From Pirellulales bacterium (GTDB lineage Bacteria > Planctomycetota > Planctomycetia > Pirellulales > PALSA-1355), in assembly GCA_963733035.1 (NCBI GenBank), contig CAVTBU010000005.1, positions 672,001 to 736,000 of the forward strand: 64,000 nucleotides of DNA, in the 5' to 3' direction. The notes beneath the pieces are model-generated. The model did no database searches. It was not told the DNA's origin and saw only the letters and a list, made by a program, of their open reading frames with translations. Below, one piece after another: positions 21,001 through 30,336 of the stretch (its first letter is position 1; the number at the start of each line of letters is the position of its first letter). The position numbers were made by a program, and so were the translations under genes.

Positions 21001-24000
21001 TGGCGACGGCACACAAAGCGGGCTGGAGAAATCGCTGGCCGGGATCGAGGTGAACCTGACCGGCGCGGCTACGAGGTCGACCACGACCGCCGCCGACGGC
21101 TCGTATGGATTCGGCAAGCTGATTCCTGGCACCTACACGGTGACGTTTGTCCTGCCATCGCAATACAAGAGCGGTTCGGCGGTCCTCGGCAATGCCGGTG
21201 GCAGCAAAACCACCAACGGCTTCACCTTGACGATCGATGCCGCTGGCGGCGTGACCGGCTCGGGCTATCACTTCACCACCAGCGGTTTGTTGCCGCAGTT
21301 TATTTCGCAACGCGTGTTGCTCTCGTCCTACCTGGGGAATTTGAGCGCGGGGACGAGCCAGGTAGGCGTGTCGATTGACACGGTTACCGACCCGATCAAC
21401 GCTTCGAACGCCGCTAGTACGTCCATCAGCGGCTTTGGCACCGTGGGTGCGAATGTTTCGGTGGTGGCCAGCGACGGGACCAATTCGACCGCCGCTCAAA
21501 CGACCACCATTTCCGCCGGCGGCACCTGGTCGATCAGCGGCATCAACGTGCTCGCGCTTGCCGACGGGACGATTACCTACACCGTCACGGCCTCGGGCTC
21601 GGGCACGACCGATACCAGCACAATTTCGGCCACCAAGGATACCGTCGCGCCGACCGTTGCCATCACCAGCGTCTCGGACCCGGTTAGTTCGAGCAATGCA
21701 ACGGATACGGCCATCAGCGGCACGGGCACGGCGGGCGCTTCGATCGCGTTGGTCGTGACCGACGGCACAACATCGTCGACGACGTACAACGCCACGGTGG
21801 GTGCTTCCGGCACCTGGTCGATCGGCGGCATCGATGTCAGCTCGCTCGCCAACGGCACCATCACATACGATGTAACGGCCAGTGACGCGGCCGGTAACAC
21901 TCAGACCGCCAGCAAGACCTCGACCAAGGATACCACGGCCCCGACGGTAGCCATCTCCTCGGTTCCCGATCCGATCAATTCGGCGAACCAAGGCGACGTG
22001 ACTGTCAGTGGGACGGGCGAAGCCGGCGCAACGATTGCGGTGAGCGCGAGCGATTCGGGCAGCGGTAACGTGGGCCCACTCAGCACGACGGTCGCCCAGG
22101 ACGGCACCTGGTCGATTACTGGCATCGATTTGACCAGTCTGGCCGACGGCACCATTACGTTCACCGTGATTGCCACGGACGGCGTCGGTAATACCACCCA
22201 AGTGACGCAGACCGCGACCAAAGACTCCGTTACCACGGTTGCAATCAGCAGCGTCACCGACCCAATTAACGCGGCCAATGAGACCACCACCTCGATTGCC
22301 GGTACAGGCGAAATCGGTGCCGGGATCTCTGTGGTAGTGAGCGATGGTACGAATTCGACCTCGCCCGCCACCGCCACCGTGGCGGCGGACGGCACCTGGT
22401 CGATCACCGGCATTGATGTCAGTGGGCTCGACGACGCCACGCTAACCTTCACGGTCACGGCGACGGATACCTCGGGGAATACCAATCAGGCGTCCATCAC
22501 GGCAGTCAAGGACACGGTTGCTCCGGAATTCGCGATTTCGAGCGTCACCGATCCGATCGACATGAGCAATGAAAGCGCCACGGAGATTAGCGGCACCGGC
22601 GAAATCGGCGCGACGATCTCGGTCGTGGTCACCGACGGCACGAACTCAACATCGGAAGCAACGACCACGGTCGACGGCCAGGGCAATTGGTCCATCACGG
22701 GCATCGACGTGTCCGGCCTCGCCGACGGCACGCTGACCTTCAACGTAACGGCAGCCGATGCCGCCGGCAATGAAACAACCGCTTCGACGACGGCGTCGAA
22801 GGCGACACTCGTGATTAACGGCGTAACCGACCCGATTACGCAAGCCAACCAGTCGGAAGTCACGATCAACGGCACCGGGCAGGTCGGGGCATCGGTCACG
22901 GTTGTGGCCACCGACAGCACGGACGCAAGCGTCACTCCAGACGCGGTCACGGTCGATGCGGAAGGCAACTGGAGCGTCACGTTCGACGCTTCGAGCCTGG
23001 CCGACGGAACGATCACATTCAACGTCACCGCCACCGACGGAACCAACACGAAGTTGGGCAACACGACGGCCACGAAGGATACCGTTGCCGAAGGGCAGAT
23101 CGCCGAGGTAACCAGTCCGATCAACGCCATCAATGCTACTGGCGTGTTCCTGGACGGAACGTCCGAACTCGACGCGACGGTTTCGATCGTGGCGACAGAC
23201 AACGTGAATAGCACCGCTTCGATCGATGCCCCAGCCGAAGCCGGGATCTGGGCTAGCCCGGCAATCGACGTCAGTGGCCTGGCCGACGGAACGATTACGT
23301 TCAACGTCACAATCACGGACGCCTTGGGCAACGTCAACGTGTACACCATAACGGCCGTCAAAGACACGGTGGCGCCCGAGTTGGGCATCGCCAGCGTCAC
23401 CGATCCGATCGGAATGGGCGATGAAACCGCCACGGAGATCAGCGGCACCGGCGAAATCGGCGCGACGATCTCGGTCGTGGTCACCGACGGCACGAACTCA
23501 ACATCGGAAGCAACGACCACGGTCGACGGCCAGGGCAATTGGTCCATCACGGGCATCGACGTGTCTGGTCTCGCCGACGGCACGCTGACCTTCAACGTAA
23601 CGGCAGCCGATGCCGTCGGTAATGAAACAACCGCTTCGACGACGGCGTCGAAGGCGACACTCGTGATCAACAGCGTGACCGACCCGATCACGCAGGCCAA
23701 CCAGTCGGAAGTCACGATCAACGGCACCGGGCAAGTCGGGGCATCGATCACGGTTGTGGCCACCGACAGCACGGACGCAAGCGTCACTCCAGATGCGGTC
23801 ACGGTCGATACGGAAGGCAATTGGAGCGTCACGTTCGACGCCTTGAGCCTAGCCGACGGAACGATCACATTCAACGTCACCGCCACCGACGGAACCAACA
23901 CGAAGCTAGGCAACACGACGGCCACGAAAGACACCTTCGCGGACGGCAGTATTCTTTCCATCACTTCGCCGATCAATTCGGACAACGAAACAAACGTTGT

Positions 24001-25186
24001 CGTGACGGGTACGGCCGAGATCGGAGCGACGGTCTCGATTAGCGTCGATGACGGTGCGACGATGCTCGGTCCGATGTCGGCAACCGTGGCGGGCGACGGC
24101 AGTTGGTCGCTCGACGGGATTGACGTCAGTTCGCTGCTTGACGGCACGCTGACGTTCACGGCGAACGTGACGGATACGAATGGAAACGTCACACACTATG
24201 TAAATCAAACTGCGACCAAGGACACCATCGCACCAACCGTCGACGCCACGACGGTCGATCCGAATGTGATTGCCGCGGCGACGGCCGGCGCCGTGACGGT
24301 ATCCGGCACCGGAGAGGTGGGAGCGAGCGTCGTGGTGACGGCGAGTGACGGCACCGACTCGACAAACTCCTCGGCGGTGATCGTCGACGGTGACGGCAAC
24401 TGGAGCGTCACGTTCGACGTTAGCAGTCTGGGCGACGGCACGATCGACTTTACGGCCACGGCCACCGACGAGGCCGGCAATACGGCTGACGATTTCATTT
24501 CGGCCACGAAGGACACGGTCACCTCGGTGGAAGTCAACCTCGTTAGCGGCAAAATCAACTCGGCCAATGTTGGTAACGCCATTATCTACGGAAAGCGCGA
24601 GGAATCCGCGACGGTCAACGTTTCGGTTACGGACGGTGTAACCACGCTCAACTTCGCCGGAGGCAGCGGCGCGGGCACGGGCTGGTCGATCAATGGAGCA
24701 GACCTCTCGAGCCTGGTTGATGGTACGATCACCATCACCGCCACGGCCACTGACGCCGCGGGCAACACGGCCACGGCCCAAATAATTGTCCAGAAAGACA
24801 CCACGACGTCCGTGGCGATCGCCAGCGTAACGGATCCGATCGACGACAGTAACGCATCCAACACCAGCATCAGCGGCACGGGCGAAGTGGATGCCACGAT
24901 CTCGGTGACGGCCAGCGACGGCGTCAACTCGACAATCGCCTTTTCCATCACTGTTGACAATGCAGGAAACTGGTCGATCACCGGAATCGACGTGAGCGCG
25001 CTGTCTGACGGCACCATTACCTACCTGGTGACTGCCACGGATACCTTTGGCAACACCGATCAACAGCAGATTACGGCCGACAAGAGCACGACGGCCGCGC
25101 CGCTGACGCTGTTGGCCGACAACCAGGATTCAGAAGACGGCGAAGACGGCGTCGGCGAGGAAAACGATTGGTTCAGTTTCAACTAA
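18092..25186 (+). CDS. Giant surface adhesin: LExRxML leader, cohesin-like domain, 6 Calx-beta repeats, SdrD-B-like domain, ~13 Ig-like repeats
   Basis: Basic leader ending FEGLELRAML; repeats EGNSG...FTVxL...YxTxDGTA...DY...SGTLTF...GDxxxExxETF (~18920-20935); GKVFVDSNGDG...YGFGKLIPGTYTV; Thr-rich ~95-aa repeats (SVTDPI...SGTGE.GA...WSITGIDVSxLxDGT...KDT) ~21365-25090. Confidence 0.85.
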   Translation: MKSHWFRYFRFGRPRRSIRVRGTSVVFKRFSSFEGLELRAMLTGSSLLADSALVAAPLATDPYESPIDQLSLASMLSSTQDNSNAPAATPLATNATDDTGSNSNPTVDPLVDSAVIDSSIVIEDLNGNAITEINAGQDFVVKVYVTDARTGQSNPGVSAAFAGLTYNTNLVSLDNPSSLTVDSVFSFLPTKDTSTAGKIVAGGVFIPSGPTDPNLPTEGETQLLWSVTLHAVTSGQATFGLTYENANGDGWFVFGDDNSIPDTSVTLGSASLAINALPTVSIGDVTQAEGNSGDTNFVFTVSLSQASDQAITVVYNTTDGTATSTGTGADYTPTSGTINFEPGTTTKLITVAVIGDTTVEPDETFNVVLSNPTNATLGNDTGLGTILDDDSLPQLSVQDVSQPEGNTVNSMVFTVTLTKAATGTVTVGYSTVDGTATIANNDYNANSGTLTFEAGTTTQLVTVTINGDTVNEPNETFQLVLSDPSGASLLDGTATGTILNDDGPILSFSPATISQAEGNSQTFMIFTVTLNQSSDQDVTVAYNTADGTATIANNDYNAASGTLTFTAGSTTPQLITVAINGDTSVEPDETFSVVLSSPENASISVDTAVATILNDDVPSVTLDGPSSVLESSGSYVVTVQLSAAGTQVANVAWSTADGTAIAGTDYTAASGTLTFIPGQTTQLITIELLSDSVTQPDRTFAINLTDPTNATIAQPSFTATIADTLPTVGVTAPASKNEGNSGPTQFVFTVNLSGESSTPVTVAYNTSDGIATAGSDYNAASGTLTFSANETSKTVTVNVIGDTIYEGDETFRLVLSSPGGATLDSNTSSATAVILNDDAVPTVSISNLSHLEGDTGLTPFVFTVTLSNAASQSVSVQYATQDGTAKAASDYNATSGTLTFAAGETSKTVTVQVIGDLLKEGNETFSVVLSNPSIVTLGNATGVGTIQDESSDSTVIPDSTIMGKVFVDSNGDGTQSGLEKSLAGIEVNLTGAATRSTTTAADGSYGFGKLIPGTYTVTFVLPSQYKSGSAVLGNAGGSKTTNGFTLTIDAAGGVTGSGYHFTTSGLLPQFISQRVLLSSYLGNLSAGTSQVGVSIDTVTDPINASNAASTSISGFGTVGANVSVVASDGTNSTAAQTTTISAGGTWSISGINVLALADGTITYTVTASGSGTTDTSTISATKDTVAPTVAITSVSDPVSSSNATDTAISGTGTAGASIALVVTDGTTSSTTYNATVGASGTWSIGGIDVSSLANGTITYDVTASDAAGNTQTASKTSTKDTTAPTVAISSVPDPINSANQGDVTVSGTGEAGATIAVSASDSGSGNVGPLSTTVAQDGTWSITGIDLTSLADGTITFTVIATDGVGNTTQVTQTATKDSVTTVAISSVTDPINAANETTTSIAGTGEIGAGISVVVSDGTNSTSPATATVAADGTWSITGIDVSGLDDATLTFTVTATDTSGNTNQASITAVKDTVAPEFAISSVTDPIDMSNESATEISGTGEIGATISVVVTDGTNSTSEATTTVDGQGNWSITGIDVSGLADGTLTFNVTAADAAGNETTASTTASKATLVINGVTDPITQANQSEVTINGTGQVGASVTVVATDSTDASVTPDAVTVDAEGNWSVTFDASSLADGTITFNVTATDGTNTKLGNTTATKDTVAEGQIAEVTSPINAINATGVFLDGTSELDATVSIVATDNVNSTASIDAPAEAGIWASPAIDVSGLADGTITFNVTITDALGNVNVYTITAVKDTVAPELGIASVTDPIGMGDETATEISGTGEIGATISVVVTDGTNSTSEATTTVDGQGNWSITGIDVSGLADGTLTFNVTAADAVGNETTASTTASKATLVINSVTDPITQANQSEVTINGTGQVGASITVVATDSTDASVTPDAVTVDTEGNWSVTFDALSLADGTITFNVTATDGTNTKLGNTTATKDTFADGSILSITSPINSDNETNVVVTGTAEIGATVSISVDDGATMLGPMSATVAGDGSWSLDGIDVSSLLDGTLTFTANVTDTNGNVTHYVNQTATKDTIAPTVDATTVDPNVIAAATAGAVTVSGTGEVGASVVVTASDGTDSTNSSAVIVDGDGNWSVTFDVSSLGDGTIDFTATATDEAGNTADDFISATKDTVTSVEVNLVSGKINSANVGNAIIYGKREESATVNVSVTDGVTTLNFAGGSGAGTGWSINGADLSSLVDGTITITATATDAAGNTATAQIIVQKDTTTSVAIASVTDPIDDSNASNTSISGTGEVDATISVTASDGVNSTIAFSITVDNAGNWSITGIDVSALSDGTITYLVTATDTFGNTDQQQITADKSTTAAPLTLLADNQDSEDGEDGVGEENDWFSFN
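22540..23935 (+). repeat. Near-identical intragenic direct repeat: ~22540-23083 and ~23392-23935 (offset 852 bp)
   Basis: Long stretches match base for base, e.g. GGCGAAATCGGCGCGACGATCTCGGTCGTGGTCACCGACGGCACGAACTCAACATCGGAAGC in both copies. Confidence 0.9.
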
Positions 25187-25268
25187 CTTCGTCACGCTTG
25201 CCGTTGGTCCCGTTCGCCGGGCCGATCCAGTCCACCAGTTCTGCTGCGGCGGATTGAAAACCGGATTG

Positions 25269-26735
25269 CTAGAAGTTGCATTCCAGACCGAAGTTGAGGC
25301 CTTGCAGCCAAATATCCGAGCTGTTGAAGGCAAACGCCGGGAAGTTGCCGGTACTGCTCGGCGGTGGAAACTGAGCGGGATCCACGTTCAGGCTGATTTG
25401 ATCGCCCGGCCGTAGCACGTTCGTTAAGGCCATGAACGTGTAACCAATGTTGACCCGCCACAGCGGCGACCACTGGTATCGCAGGTTAAAGTCGAATTCG
25501 GGCAGTACGCCGAACACAGTTTGATTGTATTGGCCGATGTTCGAAGGCAGCGCCAACACGCCGCCGGTATAGGTCGTGGCACTGCCGCCCGAGGGCGTGA
25601 TCACCGTCTGGCCGCTGATCGTCGCGTGCTGCGAAACGCCACCCAGCGCCACCTTGCCCAGGATATCCCAGGTCCACAGGCCGCGGGTGAATTGCAAATT
25701 CAGGCCAAGCTGGCCGCCATTGAAGTTGTTTCCCGTGCCGAACAGATCCTGAGCGTTGAATTGTGTGCCCGACGCATCGCCGCTAAGCGTGGTCGCATTG
25801 CTGTAAATGTTAAGATTTTCCGAAAGCCGAAGGTAGCGGTACCCGGCCAGTACGTCGATGCGGCGACAACAATCGGAGTACAAGGCCCGCCGCAAGTTGA
25901 TTTCGTTCGAGTAGATGGTGCGGCCCGACGTGATGTTGATGCCACCGGCTGACGCGTCCGGATAGGCCAGCAGTATGGCGTCCTGCGAGGCGCTGGTCGG
26001 GTCGTAGAACGGTCGTGCTAGAATCGGCGATCCGGACGAGCTCGCGGTATAACCCTGGTTCTGTCCACCGATGAAGAAAAACGTGTTTTCGATGCCAAGT
26101 TGGTTGCAGGGATCGAACCAGTAGCCGAACGTGAATCGCCCGCCAGATCGACCTCGCGTGTTGATCCTCTGGTTGCCGAATAGCACGGTCGCATCGGGTA
26201 GCCGTCCGGCCGTGCCAGGGAGCGTGCCATCGGGGCTGGTCGTCACCAGCGCGGGAGTATTAGCACCCCGCACCCACCAGGCCAGATACTCGGCGCGGCC
26301 CCAAAAACCGGGCTTGCACCAACCGCAACCCATGTTGCATGAGCCGCCGGGATAGTAGTCGTTGGCCGGGCCTTCCCATTCTCCGGGATAGTAGCCGTCC
26401 GTGGGTTGTTCAAACTGTTCAAACTCACCTTGCGGCATCGGTACCGGTTCCACTTCTTCGGGCGCAGTGGACTGCGGTTGCTGCGAGACAGGCCGTGTGA
26501 CCATCGACGGTCCAGTCAGCCGCGAGTCGCTCGTCGCGATTCCGCTGGTTTTACGTACTTCGGAATCGCGTCCCCCGGCCGGCCTTCGCGGCGCTGTTTT
26601 GCGCGACGGAGAGTGCTCGTCCAGCTGCCGGTCATATTGCTCCAAGCGCTGGGAGATATGTTCAAATGGGTCTGCCGAGGCCCGCGACGAGATCGAGAGG
26701 CCAAACATCGCAACCACAACGAGCAGGCGACGCAT
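25269..26735 (-). CDS. BBP7-like (DUF1551) outer-membrane beta-barrel protein, second paralog
   Basis: Signal peptide; AEYLAWWVRG..TPALVTTS, LFGN, GGRFTFGYW, LARPFY, LAGYRY, NNFNGGQLG, GGVLALPSNIG, C-terminal GLECNF. Confidence 0.8.
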   Translation of the reverse strand: MRRLLVVVAMFGLSISSRASADPFEHISQRLEQYDRQLDEHSPSRKTAPRRPAGGRDSEVRKTSGIATSDSRLTGPSMVTRPVSQQPQSTAPEEVEPVPMPQGEFEQFEQPTDGYYPGEWEGPANDYYPGGSCNMGCGWCKPGFWGRAEYLAWWVRGANTPALVTTSPDGTLPGTAGRLPDATVLFGNQRINTRGRSGGRFTFGYWFDPCNQLGIENTFFFIGGQNQGYTASSSGSPILARPFYDPTSASQDAILLAYPDASAGGINITSGRTIYSNEINLRRALYSDCCRRIDVLAGYRYLRLSENLNIYSNATTLSGDASGTQFNAQDLFGTGNNFNGGQLGLNLQFTRGLWTWDILGKVALGGVSQHATISGQTVITPSGGSATTYTGGVLALPSNIGQYNQTVFGVLPEFDFNLRYQWSPLWRVNIGYTFMALTNVLRPGDQISLNVDPAQFPPPSSTGNFPAFAFNSSDIWLQGLNFGLECNF

Positions 26736-27125
26736 ATCGCTGTTCCTTCAATCTGCTGCGAACGACTGTGAGAGAGCTTGAATGCCAGCCATTCGAATCA
26801 AAAAACCACTGACGGTCGGTGCGCATGCAGCCGACGCAAAGTCACACCCCCATTTTCGGACCTAGGGATAGTGACAGTTGAAGCGAAATTGCCGCATATG
26901 CAGATTATGTTGCGGCGGTTAAATGGAGCGTTTGGATAAGTCCGAGCTGCCTGATCCCAGGCGGCCGGCCAATGCTGCCTGCTCTGCATGCTGCGCATGC
27001 CCATCTGCTGTGCAGGCCAGACAGAGTTGACCTCGATCAAACGAGAAAATGGTCCGTCGCAAAACAATACAAACCTTTTCCAAACAACGCCTTAGGCAAC
27101 GTCGAGGGCGGCTGACGAACAATTC

Positions 27126-27141
27126 TGGCGCAGTGCTTGCT
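27126..27141 (+). promoter_or_regulatory. Candidate sigma-54 (-24/-12) promoter
   Basis: TGGCGCAGTGCTTGCT vs consensus TGGCACGNNNNTTGCW with correct GG-N10-GC spacing, ~90 bp upstream of the peptidase-like gene. Confidence 0.5.
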
Positions 27142-27229
27142 TTTGGCAACGGAGCGTCGCGGCATGTAACCCGGTCGAAGAGCGACGGGGGGCGGCGACA
27201 GATTGACCTCCTTCGACGCGAATCGCTCG

Positions 27230-28148
27230 ATGCCAGCTTCCGCCAACTGCATGCACCGGCTGCCAGCGAGCCTTGGCCTGTTGTTCGCCCTGATCGCAGC
27301 TCCCGCCGCGTGCATTCGGGCGAATTTGGCTTGGGGCGCCTCACCAGCGACCGCCGGCCCACGCTGGCATATTGTCGAGACGGCCAACTTTCGACTCTTC
27401 ACCTATGGCTATCAGCCGGTAAGTCGCCAAACGGCCGGACACTGCGAGCAAGTGCGTGAAGACCTCGTGCATCAATGGCTGGGCGACGAACGGCTCTCGG
27501 ACTGGACCCCGAAGTGCGACCTGGTGCTACATCCGAACGATGCTAGTTACCTGCGCGAGGTCGGCGAAGGAGGGCGCAATTCGGTTGCCTCGGCATTGAC
27601 CGAACGCCGCGGTGGACGGATCGTGCTACGCCGCATTGACGTCCGCGCTACACAAGACAATTGGAGGCGCGGCGCTGGCCCACGAAATGACACATGTGGT
27701 GATCGCCGATCGTTTCGTCGAAGGGCCGTTGCCTCGCTGGATCGACGAGGGCATTGCGATCTTGGCAGACACGCGGGAGAAGCGACGGGGGCACACAAAC
27801 AATGTTCGCCGTACGGTCGCGGCCGGAGCGCATTTCCGGCTGGCCGAATTGTTGACGCTTGCGGACTATCCGCCCCAGGGTCGCTGGGGGGCTTTCTACG
27901 ACCAAAGCGCCGCCTTGGTCGAATTCCTAGTTGAACAGCAGGGTCACGCCCAATTCGTTGCCTTCGTCGAATTGTCTATCGAGCACGGATACGATCGGGC
28001 GCTTGAGGAGATTTACGGCTGCGGCGTAGGCGAATTGGAGCGGCGCTGGCACCGTTCGCTGACAGTTCCGACCAGTAGCACGCTCGGCGGCAACTTTCCC
28101 TCGGACAACTCCCCAGGCGCGGTCTCCGACGCCGCCGGGGATTCCTGA
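27230..28148 (+). CDS. Exported zinc metallopeptidase-like protein (peptidase MA-like), frameshift near 27665
   Basis: Signal peptide and ETANFR...WTPKC in one frame; LAHEMTH (HExxH) and PRWIDEGIA, FYDQS in the next frame. Confidence 0.7.
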
Positions 28149-28462
28149 AATTTCTACACTTGCCCACGGTCGCGACGGGGGCAACCTGGTTGCTAGCCAG
28201 TCAGTCGCAGCGACAACTTCTGGTCCCGGTGAATCGATTTTCGCGACCGTTTTTTCCGTTTGTCCTGCTGCGGATTCGGAGCCTACGGCGCGCAAAGCTT
28301 TTCGCCGAGACCAGTTTTGTCGCCGAGGCCCGACCTTCCGGTGGGAACGTTTTGATCCCGTCGACGCATGAGCGTGGCGCAGCGGTCCAAGATTTGCCCT
28401 AGAAAGGGAGAGCTAGAGTTTGGCCATAGCTAAACGACGTCCGTGAAGCGAAGAGGATCCGA

Positions 28463-28675
28463 ATGATTGACGCCCCTCGAAAAACATCGCGTCGGCGGCG
28501 GAGCAGTCCCAAGCCCGACAACTCTCCGTCGCCCGAAATGATTCGGCAAATGACCGAGAAAATTCGCGCCGCCTGGACACCGCGGGAACTGCGGCGCCGG
28601 GCGAACGATCAGCGTCATATGCAAATCACGCAATTGCCGTTGGAACCGCGTCGCAAGGGCTTTTGGGGCGGCTGA
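28463..28675 (+). CDS. Small basic hypothetical protein
   Basis: GAGGA RBS; 70 aa with PSPEMIRQMTEKIRAAWTPRELRRRA helix. Confidence 0.55.
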   Translation: MIDAPRKTSRRRRSSPKPDNSPSPEMIRQMTEKIRAAWTPRELRRRANDQRHMQITQLPLEPRRKGFWGG

Positions 28676-28794
28676 TCCATACGCCTCCAAGGCCGCCCAG
28701 AACACCGAGCGGTAAAAAGGCCGCTGTCCTGATGAGAGAACAGGTCGGCGACAACGAACGGCACCGTCGAACCCTCTTCCGGCGGTTCGACACT

Positions 28795-28832
28795 GGGCGT
28801 CCGCCAATCGAGTGGCGGACGCCCGTTTTTTG
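28795..28832 (+). terminator. Intrinsic terminator
   Basis: GGGCGTCCGCCA-ATCGAG-TGGCGGACGCCC perfect 12-bp stem followed by GTTTTTTG. Confidence 0.75.
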
Positions 28833-28966
28833 TTCCGGCGGGCTGCACATGCCAGAAACGTCGCGAAAAGTCGGCCGCTACCAACTTCACTTGCGAAGTA
28901 GGGTAGATTAACTAGAATTCAGGCACCGCTTTGCATCGCCCCGGCGGTGCCAGGGCGTGTGCCGCC

Positions 28967-29053
28967 GGAGAGGTGGCTGAGTGGTCGAAAGCGCCGGTTT
29001 GCTAAATCGGTGACCGGGTAACCGGTCCGCAGGTTCGAATCCTGTCCTCTCCG
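28967..29053 (+). tRNA. tRNA-Ser(GCT), CCA not encoded
   Basis: GGAGAGG/CCTCTCC acceptor stem, D-loop TGGCTGAGTGGTCGAAAGC, anticodon arm CCGGT-TTGCTAA-ATCGG, long variable arm, GGTTCGAATCC T-arm. Confidence 0.95.
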
Positions 29054-29406
29054 CTTCTGGCTCGTTCCCACTGTAAGTGGCAGGGGAACGGCTCCTTCTT
29101 CTTTGTCATTCGTCAACTAGCTCCAGCGGCCGGCAGTTTCCCCTCCCTTTTGCGGCCGTTGGGTATTCTCAGTTGCGAAATGGCGCTCGCTAAGCTCCTC
29201 GGTGGGCGAGCCGATTCCTCGATGCGGGCCGGTTAGCTCCTCCGAGAGGCCGCGGATCGGTTGGCAACATGTCGCATGGCCGAACGCATTGGATCCGCCT
29301 GGGGCCGCAGGGCACTTGCGTCAGCTTCTTTCGCTCGGTAGGACTATCGAATCGCCCCGGCGCGTGTTTATTTTCGGCGATCATTATCTTGAGAGGGTTT
29401 TGCTTG

Positions 29407-30291
29407 ATGAGCAACTCTGCCCATACCAAGTCGATGTTGCCGGCTGGCACGTTCGCCGGTCGTACGCTGGTCGTTACCGGAGGTGGCACCGGTCTGGGCC
29501 GTTCGATGGGAGAGTATTTTCTCACGCTCGGAGCAAATCTTGTAATCTGTGGTCGGCGGCCGGAGGTAATCCAGCAAGCCGCCCAGGAAATGGCCAAAGC
29601 GACAGGCGCGCAGGTGCTGGCCGTACCCTGCGACGTCCGACAACCGGAGCAAGTCGAGGCCATGTTCCAAGCGGCCATCGAACGCTTTGGCACACTGCAC
29701 GGCCTGGTCAACAATGCGGCCGGCAACTTCATTTGTCCCACCGAACGATTAAGCTACAACGCGTTCAATTCCGTCGTCGATATCGTGCTCAAGGGAACCT
29801 ACAACTGCACTTTGGCACTCGGAAAGCGATGGATTGCGGAGAAGACTCCCGGCGTGGTGCTCAACATCAGCACCACCTACGCCTGGACCGGATCGGGCTA
29901 CGTCGTGCCTTCGGCCGTGTCGAAGGCGGGAGCGCTAATCATGATCCGCTCGCTGGCCTCCGAATGGGGCAAGTACGGCATCCGCCTGAACGCGATTGCC
30001 CCTGGAGCGTTTCCGACCGAGGGAGCCTGGTCGCGTTTGCGGCCGCCGGCGCTTGGAGAAAACGCCGATCCGATGAAACGGATCCCCCTCGGCCGGCATG
30101 GCGAGCACCAGGAACTGTCGAACCTGGCGGCGTATTTGCTTTCTGACTTCTCGGCCTATGTGACGGGCGCATGCATCACAATCGACGGTGGCACTTGGCT
30201 GCGCGGCGCGGGTCAATTCAACTCACTGGAGGACGTTTCCGGCGAGCAATGGGACGAGCTACAAGCTATGATGAAACCCAAGAAAAGGTAG
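29407..30291 (+). CDS. SDR oxidoreductase, 2,4-dienoyl-CoA reductase (DECR)-like
   Basis: TGGGTGLG, NNAAGNFICP.ERLS.NAF..VVDIVLKGT, PSAVSKAG, EWGKYGIRLNAIAPG. Confidence 0.85.
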   Translation: MSNSAHTKSMLPAGTFAGRTLVVTGGGTGLGRSMGEYFLTLGANLVICGRRPEVIQQAAQEMAKATGAQVLAVPCDVRQPEQVEAMFQAAIERFGTLHGLVNNAAGNFICPTERLSYNAFNSVVDIVLKGTYNCTLALGKRWIAEKTPGVVLNISTTYAWTGSGYVVPSAVSKAGALIMIRSLASEWGKYGIRLNAIAPGAFPTEGAWSRLRPPALGENADPMKRIPLGRHGEHQELSNLAAYLLSDFSAYVTGACITIDGGTWLRGAGQFNSLEDVSGEQWDELQAMMKPKKR

Positions 30292-30336
30292 CCGGCCCGT
30301 CGTCTCAGCTTCCGGTTTTGCTTACGCGTCACGTCG

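Noticed and set aside
20627..25063. Long minus-strand ORFs (524, 568 and 385 aa)
   Set aside because: Antisense shadows of the Thr/Ala-rich adhesin with no independent motifs.
21365..25090. Regular repeats as a possible CRISPR array
   Set aside because: They are in-frame ~285-bp protein-domain repeats with no repeat-spacer structure, and there are no cas genes.
26820..26885. GACGCAAAGTCAC...GGACCTA...GTGACAG resembling a c-di-GMP-I riboswitch
   Set aside because: The upstream GGCAAA...GAAA tetraloop stem is missing; an Infernal search would be needed and I cannot support it by eye.
28720..28790. CTGATGAG followed by hairpins, suggesting a hammerhead ribozyme or fluoride riboswitch
   Set aside because: No stem II-GAAA core and no matching 5' elements.
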